Source of the DNA: Candidatus Hodarchaeota archaeon
GTDB taxonomy: Archaea > Asgardarchaeota > Lokiarchaeia > Sigyniarchaeales > SOKP01
Reading direction: 5' to 3'
Assembly: GCA_048887145.1 (NCBI GenBank)
Contig: JBHLKA010000002.1
Span: 1 to 61,176, forward strand
DNA length: 61,176 nucleotides
Part shown: piece by piece, positions 54,850 through 61,176 of the stretch
Numbering within the stretch: the stretch's first letter is position 1
Layout: each line of letters starts with the position of its first letter
Translations under genes and position numbers: made by a program
Notes under the pieces: model-generated
The model's input: the letters and a program-made list of their open reading frames with translations, nothing else
What the model was told of the DNA's origin: nothing
Databases searched by the model: none

Positions 54850-54999
54850 TTGCCGATTGATAAAGAATTACAAGAAGAAATTAAGAAAGGGGTTTCTCTC
54901 CAAAAGGTTGATGAGGAAGAAATAAGAAAACGAGAAGAAGAAAAAAAGAAACGCATGGCAGAACTTGAAAAGATTAAAGCAGCCTTAGGAGAAAAATAA
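54850..54999 (+). CDS. Unannotated 49-codon ORF encoding a WH2/beta-thymosin-like peptide
   Basis: Hand translation gives (M)PIDKELQEEIKKGVSLQKVDEEEIRKREEEKKKRMAELEKIKAALGEK. The TTG start follows an in-frame TAG, and AGGAG lies 10 nt upstream (54835-54839). A T-rich tract follows the TAA stop. The pattern L-x3-I-x2-G-x2-L-x-K-V matches the WH2 core spacing. Confidence 0.4.
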   Translation: MPIDKELQEEIKKGVSLQKVDEEEIRKREEEKKKRMAELEKIKAALGEK

Positions 55000-55012
55000 T
55001 ATAAATTTAATA

Positions 55013-55039
55013 TTTTTGTTTCCTTTTCCTTTTTTTTAT
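55013..55039 (+). terminator. Oligo-T tract (putative archaeal intrinsic terminator) after the micro-ORF
   Basis: The sequence tttttgtttccttttccttttttttat begins 14 nt after the stop codon. Archaeal RNAP terminates at oligo-T runs. Confidence 0.25.
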
Positions 55040-55128
55040 TTACTCTTCATCTGAAAAATTAAGCTTTTCTACGATCTATTACTTAATTAACTTAGGAAAA
55101 ATGTTAATTAGGTAAGTTGATTTAATAT

Positions 55129-56202
55129 TTGAAGATTCTTGAGATAGATAATAAAAACCAAGAAATTATTGTTAAAACTGAGAATTTAAATGATTTATGG
55201 ACGCTCTATAATGTTATCTCTAAAAATGATAATGTTTCTACTCGTACCTCTAGAAGAGTGGTATTAAGGGAAGGTACTAAAGGAGACCGAAAACCTATGT
55301 GGTTAAAATTAAACGTAGAATCAGTCTCATTCCATGAATTTTCAAACAGATTACGAATTAAAGGTACTATTATTGAAGGTCCTGAGGATTTCGTTAGCTT
55401 TGGAACGTATCATACGTTTAACATTGAAATAGGTCAGAAATTAGCAATCAAAAAGGAAAAGTGGTTAAAAAATGAAATAAAGAGGTTAAAAGCATCTTCA
55501 AAATTTGAAGTAAATTTTGTTTTGTTAATAATTGCTATTGAAACAGGATTAGCAACAGCATCTCTTATAACTAATTTCAGCCATAATAGAATTGCAACAA
55601 TTAAAAAAACGATTCCTGGAAAAAGATATGAACAAACTTATCGAAATAAGGCATATGAGGAATTTTTTGACGATATCAAAAAAATCATTGATGAGAATAT
55701 CAAAAACATTAATATTAATGTAATAATTTTATGTGGACCAGGAAATACTAAAGATAATTTCATTAAATACCTGAAGGAAAAGAAAAATCCAGAATATCTT
55801 TCAAAAATCAATAGCATCCATGCTAGTTCTGGTACTGAAAGCGCGATTTTAGAGACGCTAAAATCTGCCAAATTAAAAAAATTAAAGAGGAATGTAAAAA
55901 TATTACAAGAAGCAGAAAATATCGAAAAAATTCTAAAACTATTCGCCACTGATGCAGATTTAATTTCAATTGGTGTGAATGAAGTCTCCAAAGCTTCAAA
56001 AATGGGAGCAGTAGAAGAATTATTCTTGGCTGATATTTTGATAAGAGGCACATCAAAAGAAAAAAAACTTCAAATCGAAGAAATTTTAACTAATGTTGAA
56101 AATTCTGGTGGAATATTTCACATTTTAAGTAGTGAGCATCCCACCGGCCAACAAATTATTGATTTGGGGGAAATTGTTGCTATTCTAAGATATAAAATTT
56201 AA
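55129..56202 (+). CDS. pelA: Pelota (Dom34 homolog), mRNA surveillance / ribosome rescue factor
   Basis: 357 aa, TTG start. Contains N-terminal LNDLWTLYNVI, a central eRF1-like domain and C-terminal GAVEELFLAD. Confidence 0.9.
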   Translation: MKILEIDNKNQEIIVKTENLNDLWTLYNVISKNDNVSTRTSRRVVLREGTKGDRKPMWLKLNVESVSFHEFSNRLRIKGTIIEGPEDFVSFGTYHTFNIEIGQKLAIKKEKWLKNEIKRLKASSKFEVNFVLLIIAIETGLATASLITNFSHNRIATIKKTIPGKRYEQTYRNKAYEEFFDDIKKIIDENIKNININVIILCGPGNTKDNFIKYLKEKKNPEYLSKINSIHASSGTESAILETLKSAKLKKLKRNVKILQEAENIEKILKLFATDADLISIGVNEVSKASKMGAVEELFLADILIRGTSKEKKLQIEEILTNVENSGGIFHILSSEHPTGQQIIDLGEIVAILRYKI

Positions 56203-56215
56203 ATGTAAAAGGAAA

Positions 56216-57268
56216 TTGTTAACCTCATTTAAGATGACAAATAATTTAATATATATAGATAAAAGTTCGCAAATACCTCTAAAGGGTGTGGATTTTATTG
56301 GAGTGGTAGATCGAGGTACAAATGTTATCGAAATAAAACCACTAACCTTATGTAATTTGAAATGCAAATATTGTTTTGTTAGTGCAGGAGACTATGAAAC
56401 TAACTTCTTAATAAATTCTGATTATTTAGTTGAAGAAATTAGAAAAGCTATAGTTATTAAAGGGAATTATGATATTGAAATTCATTTTGCCCCTTATGGT
56501 GAAATTTTATTATATTCAGAATTGTATAAATTAATATATCGACTTTGGGAAATTGAAGGAATAAAAACTATTTCAATGCAGACTAATGGGTTATTATTAT
56601 CAGAAAAAATTATTAAGAAACTGAGCAATCTTAAACTTACACGCATAAATATAAGTTTAAACTCTTTAGATAAGGAAAAAGCGAATTATTTATGCGCATG
56701 TAACCAATACAATGTTAAAAAACTTGTTGAAAGCATTCACATATTATTAAATTCTGAAGTTAATGTACTAATCGCTCCTGTCTGGTTCCCAAAACAAAAT
56801 GATAAGGATATTGAAGATATCATAAGATTCGTTATTAACCTAAGAAAGATGGGATTTTCTGAAAAAAAAGTTCAAATTGGAATCCAAAAGTATCTAATTT
56901 ATAAAACTGGGAGAAAATTAAAAAAAATTCGACCAAAATCATGGGATTATTTTTATAATCAATTAACTAGATTAGAAAATAAATATAAAATCAAATTAAA
57001 ACTTGGACCTGCAGATTTTGGAATTCATCAGCGCTTAGGAATTTCAAATATTAATTTAAAAAAGCATGATACTATTGAATTAGAAATAGTATCAAAAGGA
57101 CGTTGGAATCGTGAATGCATTGGTAGAATTGATGAAAATTATGGAATAAAAGTCTTATTGAAAAAACCATTCATATATTCAGATGAGTTATTGAATAAAA
57201 CAATTAAAGCAAAAATTATAAAGGCAAATTATAAAGATAACATTTTTACAGCTTCATTTCCAATATGA
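56216..57268 (+). CDS. Radical SAM protein with a beta-rich (TRAM/PUA-like?) C-terminal domain
   Basis: 350 aa. Contains the canonical CNLKCKYC motif. A plausible alternative start is the ATG at 56234 (MTNNLIY). The gene lies 13 bp downstream of pelota. Confidence 0.75.
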   Translation: MLTSFKMTNNLIYIDKSSQIPLKGVDFIGVVDRGTNVIEIKPLTLCNLKCKYCFVSAGDYETNFLINSDYLVEEIRKAIVIKGNYDIEIHFAPYGEILLYSELYKLIYRLWEIEGIKTISMQTNGLLLSEKIIKKLSNLKLTRINISLNSLDKEKANYLCACNQYNVKKLVESIHILLNSEVNVLIAPVWFPKQNDKDIEDIIRFVINLRKMGFSEKKVQIGIQKYLIYKTGRKLKKIRPKSWDYFYNQLTRLENKYKIKLKLGPADFGIHQRLGISNINLKKHDTIELEIVSKGRWNRECIGRIDENYGIKVLLKKPFIYSDELLNKTIKAKIIKANYKDNIFTASFPI

Positions 57269-57355
57269 TATAAAAAACTAAAAAATATAATTATGTAATA
57301 CCATAAAAAACATACTAGCAATTAATATAAATTATATTTTTATAAATTGATTAAA

Positions 57356-57979
57356 ATGAGTCCTATTATTACACATGAAGATGAGCTTGAATTAGCAAAA
57401 ACCGAAAAAGAGGTAGTAAGTCAGTTAAAGCGATTAGCAAAAGCACAAAATGACCTCATAAATTCTCAAAAAAAATATGCTGAGAACCTTGCTAAAGCAA
57501 ATCTAGTAAGAGAAATGTTAAATAGATCGTTTAGAGACGTCATAAAGCAGATGCAAACCTTACTTAGAGAGAAGAAATCAAATGTTCAAGATGAAGAAGT
57601 AAATTTATATCAAGATATTATTCATAAAAATGATGGCTACATCGAAGTAAACAATAAATATATTGATGCCATAAAAAATCTTACTTTAAAAAAAGAATAT
57701 TTTGTTGAGAAAAAAAATGAATTCGCGGATGCTTTAAGTGATGTAGCAGATAAAAGAAGCTCTGTTATTAAAAAAGCTTTAAGTGTTGAAAAAGTGAAGA
57801 ATAAATTAGTTGAGGGCGAAAAGTTAAAAAAATTAGACGCAGAATTCAATGATTATCAAAGAGATTTTGATATAGCTAGGGATGTACTAATAAAAAAAAT
57901 TCATCAATTTTTAGAGGTAAGAAGCGAGTTAGACGATTTATGGATGATTTTAAAAGATTCAGTATCTAAATCAAGCTAA
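57356..57979 (+). CDS. All-helical ~207-aa coiled-coil protein (BAR-domain-like by size and pattern; unverified)
   Basis: The ORF runs from a TTG at 57347, with an ATG at 57356. The sequence is continuous K/E/L/A-rich heptad-like with no Pro or Gly breaks except at a few predicted turns. The C-terminal block KKLDAEFNDYQRDFDIARDVLIKKIHQFLEVRSELDDLW resembles BAR helix 2-3 patterns. Confidence 0.55.
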   Translation: MSPIITHEDELELAKTEKEVVSQLKRLAKAQNDLINSQKKYAENLAKANLVREMLNRSFRDVIKQMQTLLREKKSNVQDEEVNLYQDIIHKNDGYIEVNNKYIDAIKNLTLKKEYFVEKKNEFADALSDVADKRSSVIKKALSVEKVKNKLVEGEKLKKLDAEFNDYQRDFDIARDVLIKKIHQFLEVRSELDDLWMILKDSVSKSS

Positions 57980-58121
57980 TTTAATCTTTTTATATTTTTT
58001 TATACTTTTTATTTCGAAGAGTTTTAATTCTTACGGACTTAAATTTATTAAACATTTCAAATATATAATTATTAGAAAAATTATTGGATAATTCTTTAAT
58101 TATAAAAATTGAGAATGAAAA

Positions 58122-58586
58122 ATGGCAGAAGAATTTGCAAATTTCATGCAAGAAACTAGAAGGGCTCCTCTTGAAGAAAAGTTAAATGCATTTGGAGATA
58201 TAGTTGAAAGAATGATGTCAATGATTCTTAGAATCCCTGATTTAGTTGATCAATCGTTATTAACTCTGAACCAAAAAATATCAACTTTGGAATCCCGAAT
58301 TAATACATTGAATAATGATATGTCATCAATTAAATCAACTGGAGGAACTGTAACTCCTATGGTATCCGCACCGACTACTCCTAGCAGCATACCCCCACCA
58401 CCTGGCGGTCCCCCTAGCAATTCATCTTTAGGAAGCGCAAGACCACCCCCTGGCGGTCCTCCCCCGCCTCCCGGCGGTCCACCAGGAGGAACTGGAGCTA
58501 ATCGCCCTGCCAGCCCAATTAGTTTAAGAGGCGCTATAATGAGCGAACTTAAACAACTTTTTAATAAACGCAAAACCCAAGATTAA
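58122..58586 (+). CDS. Coiled-coil / proline-glycine-rich / C-terminal amphipathic-helix protein (WASP/MIM-like layout)
   Basis: 154 aa. Residues 1-70 are helical (LNQKISTLESRINTLNNDMSSIK). Residues 83-129 are P/G-rich, with three PPGGPP units (IPPPPGGPP, RPPPGGPPPPPGGPPGG). The C-terminus is LRGAIMSELKQLFNKRKT. The local GC spike creates a mirror ORF on the opposite strand. Confidence 0.65.
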   Translation: MAEEFANFMQETRRAPLEEKLNAFGDIVERMMSMILRIPDLVDQSLLTLNQKISTLESRINTLNNDMSSIKSTGGTVTPMVSAPTTPSSIPPPPGGPPSNSSLGSARPPPGGPPPPPGGPPGGTGANRPASPISLRGAIMSELKQLFNKRKTQD

Positions 58587-58750
58587 AAATTTAAAATCTT
58601 TTTTCTCAAAATTATTACCCAAAAAGCATTTCTCAATATTGCATGGGAGATTTTCTTTCTAATTTTCTAATGGGAATTTTAATTAAAATTATAATGGATT
58701 AAAGATGTAACAATATAAGGATAAATTAGGATTTTTGCTGGTTAAGTACA

Positions 58751-60478
58751 TTGGAAAGATCTAGTAGTAAAAAAGCTACAAATGATACTGTTAAAGTTGT
58801 CCATGACCTCAAAAGACAAATTTTAGAGATACCCTCTTTAATCAGAGTAATGAACAACTATTACTATAAAAAAAATCAAGTTCAAAATCAAATTAAACCG
58901 ATACTTCTTAAAAGATTTAAAGAAAATTTAAAGATTTTAAAAGATAAGAGAGATTGGCTTCATTCAATACCAACCGCTTTAGATGCATTAAGCGATGATC
59001 TCATTAGCAGAAAAGATTCATTTAAGTTTCCTGATAGTATCATTTTATTCGAAGCTTGGATGAATTTAGGCTATAATGCTCTTTATCCTAAACTTGTCTT
59101 ACATTATAAGTTTCCAGGATTTTTAAAAGGAGAAAAAACAAGACATTTGTTTCAATTTATCTTTTCTACATCTCGTGGTTTTGGATTTCCCATCTATTTT
59201 GGTCCCAAATTTTATGGATATATACTAACATATGGTAAAGTGCTAGAACCAATTTTAAAATGGAGTCATACAGTATGTCATAGAGCAAACCAAGCAATTT
59301 ACCTAGTAGGTAAAAGGTATAATGTTAAAAGACACCATCCGGGAGAATTTGAATCAATAATAATTTCTGAGTATAAAGATAATCTCTATAAAGGTATTGA
59401 TACGCTTTTACATGGTTATTTCACGAAGGATCCAAAAAATTTAGGAAAATTTTCCTCGTTAAAAGAAGTTCTGCAGAATATAACATTTTCTTACTCAATA
59501 GGAGATCACGCTATGAGCATAGAATTAAAACCTACAAACAAAATTTTGAATGTTAATTTAATTACATATGATAAAATAATGGAAAAATATAATGTGGATT
59601 TTTATACCTACATTAAAGAACTAATATCTTTTAAAAAAATACTGATAAACAAAATTTTGTTCTATAAAGATCAAAAAGCATTCCTTAAAAATCAATTAAG
59701 TAAATTAGATAAGCTAAACTTATTTTTAAGTAGATCTAAAAGATTTAAAGTTTCAGCACTTAAATCTTCTAAAAATATTTTTGAAATAGAGAAACTAAAT
59801 CTTTATATTCATGTTATGGAGAAAATTATGGAATTAATCTGGTCAACACCTCTCTATACTCATACTTTACATGCTTTAACGAATAAGGAAAAGAAGTTTT
59901 TGATTCAAAATAAGAAAAGTAAAGAGAATTTGGAACATATGCCTATAGATTCGATTTTTTTATTATGTTTGAAATATTATGAAGAAAAATATAACTTTAA
60001 TTTTGAAGAAGAATATATACTTAAAAAAGTGGATGATTTAAGGGATTTAATGGCAAAAATGTGGTTATATTTCAAAGAACGTCAATTTAACCTTGCAATA
60101 AAAGAATTGAGTGAACTTTCTAAATTATCGATCGAAGATCAAAATTATGATTCAAAAGTAAATGAAATCTTGAATAAACTTATACCAATATTTTCAATTT
60201 ATGAAATATTTAATAGATCTCTATCTGAATCCGTCTATCCTGAATCTATTCCCCACACAGAAAGATTAGGTGCATATATAGCAAGTTTTTTAACCTCAAG
60301 ATATAATATATTTGGTATTAACTTAATGCATCTCTTTAATAGATTAGCATTTTATAATTGGAGCTATTACCTTTCTAAAAATAAATTAAATAGAAAAAAA
60401 TTTTATAATTTCATTTTGAAACTACCAATCTGGAAAAATATTCCCCAAAATATTAAATTAAAGATTTTAAAAAGTTAA
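58751..60478 (+). CDS. Large hypothetical protein (mostly helical)
   Basis: 575-aa ORF with a TTG start. No family was recognised. It is co-oriented with the two preceding genes. Confidence 0.55.
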   Translation: MERSSSKKATNDTVKVVHDLKRQILEIPSLIRVMNNYYYKKNQVQNQIKPILLKRFKENLKILKDKRDWLHSIPTALDALSDDLISRKDSFKFPDSIILFEAWMNLGYNALYPKLVLHYKFPGFLKGEKTRHLFQFIFSTSRGFGFPIYFGPKFYGYILTYGKVLEPILKWSHTVCHRANQAIYLVGKRYNVKRHHPGEFESIIISEYKDNLYKGIDTLLHGYFTKDPKNLGKFSSLKEVLQNITFSYSIGDHAMSIELKPTNKILNVNLITYDKIMEKYNVDFYTYIKELISFKKILINKILFYKDQKAFLKNQLSKLDKLNLFLSRSKRFKVSALKSSKNIFEIEKLNLYIHVMEKIMELIWSTPLYTHTLHALTNKEKKFLIQNKKSKENLEHMPIDSIFLLCLKYYEEKYNFNFEEEYILKKVDDLRDLMAKMWLYFKERQFNLAIKELSELSKLSIEDQNYDSKVNEILNKLIPIFSIYEIFNRSLSESVYPESIPHTERLGAYIASFLTSRYNIFGINLMHLFNRLAFYNWSYYLSKNKLNRKKFYNFILKLPIWKNIPQNIKLKILKS

Positions 60479-61056
60479 AATTCTAAAAATCCAGGATCAT
60501 CAAATATATCTTCAATTTTCTTTTCCTTTTTTATACTACTTTCATCGTGTTCAGCAAATAATGAGTCTTCATCAGTTTTTATCCCTTTTTCTATTTCCAG
60601 CGTTTCTAAATGAAGCAAAGCATCTTTTTCCATTTTTTTAAATTCTTCAGCCTTCAATTTCCATTTATTGACATCATCTATATTTACATTTTCTTCATCT
60701 TCTAATAATTCTGCTGCTTTAACTCTACAAAGATCAGATAAAATCGAATAACACAGCACCAATTCTCCCCATTCATTTTCTTTTTTCAATTTCTTAACTC
60801 TTCGTTCTAATCTTTGCATTTCTTGGTCAGCATAATAAATATCAATGAAATCTCCAAAAGCATCAACAGGTTCAGATATAGAATTAACTAATACTTCTTT
60901 TGTTAAACCACAATAACCACATTTCACAGTTGCAATAGGACCTTTTCTAATGCCCTCAACCTTTACAGATTTCTCGCCACATGAAGGGCATGTAAATATC
61001 TTTGGTACTTTCTTCACTCTTTTGTATGTCTGTTGCTTTCTTTTTCTTCTACCCAT
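60475..61056 (-). CDS. elf1: Transcription elongation factor Elf1 homolog with a long acidic/coiled-coil C-terminal extension
   Basis: MGRRKRKQ..KIFTCPSCGEKSVKV...VKCGYCGL...SEPVDAFGDFIDIYY matches the Elf1 basic N-terminus, zinc ribbon and PVDVY-type motif. The ORF extends to a TTG at 61071, and the ATG at 61056 is preferred. Confidence 0.85.
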   Translation of the reverse strand: MGRRKRKQQTYKRVKKVPKIFTCPSCGEKSVKVEGIRKGPIATVKCGYCGLTKEVLVNSISEPVDAFGDFIDIYYADQEMQRLERRVKKLKKENEWGELVLCYSILSDLCRVKAAELLEDEENVNIDDVNKWKLKAEEFKKMEKDALLHLETLEIEKGIKTDEDSLFAEHDESSIKKEKKIEDIFDDPGFLEF

Positions 61057-61176
61057 GGAAAACCACTTCAATTTAAAATTTCTTAATATATTATCTTAAT
61101 CAATAAGTAATTAGGAATTAAAACTAAAAAATTTTCGCTTTTTCAATTGTAAGTTAGAGGAAATCGTAAGATTTTT

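Noticed and set aside
55638-56367. Minus-strand ORFs 55638..56051, 55823..56056 and 56185..56367
   Set aside because: They are antisense to pelota and to the start of the radical SAM gene. Both of those genes have strong family signatures.
58250-58573. 107-aa minus-strand ORF rich in GGPPGG
   Set aside because: It is the mirror image of the proline/glycine block of the plus-strand gene 58122..58586, because CCN/GGN codons read open on both strands. The plus-strand ORF has a proper N-terminal coiled coil and a start context. The antisense ORF does not extend beyond the GC-rich block in any meaningful way.
1-61176. Search for CRISPR arrays, IS elements/transposases, integrases, prophage genes, and inteins in PolD, RtcB, NrdD, RpoB or Orc1
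   Set aside because: No regularly spaced direct repeats, transposase or integrase-like ORFs, or terminal inverted repeats were seen. The lengths of the large housekeeping proteins are consistent with intein-free versions.

Overview
The window is a visibly AT-rich archaeal chromosomal segment (about 30% G+C by eye, not computed). TTG and GTG starts are frequent. There are no rRNA genes, CRISPR arrays, transposases or integrases. Most of the content is archaeal information processing. It includes unsplit RNA polymerase subunit B with RpoH, both PolD subunits next to Orc1/Cdc6, TFE, MBF1, Elf1, NAC, PAN, Cbf5, Pelota, and RtcB with archease. Metabolic genes include class III ribonucleotide reductase, IlvE, PanB, MfnA, ThiL and CDP-archaeol synthase. 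Four tRNA genes are present, and one of them carries two non-canonical introns. The window is also dense in eukaryote-like signalling and trafficking components. Three Ras/Rab-like small GTPases are present: one is fused to a Roadblock/LC7 domain, and one has a roughly 400-aa proline-rich tail ending in a zinc ribbon. At least three paralogous longin/roadblock-like proteins, an AN1 zinc-finger protein and an SCP2 protein are also present. By inference this combination points to an Asgard (Loki-like) archaeon. Two loci between 54.8 and 58.6 kb are the most interesting and are not explained by standard annotation. The first is an unannotated 49-codon ORF whose sequence fits the WH2/beta-thymosin actin-binding motif residue for residue. 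The second is an adjacent gene pair: an all-helical, BAR-like 207-aa protein followed by a coiled-coil, PPGGPP-repeat, WH2-like-helix protein. Together they look like candidate actin and membrane-remodelling regulators. All functional calls come from motif recognition by eye, because no database search was possible.
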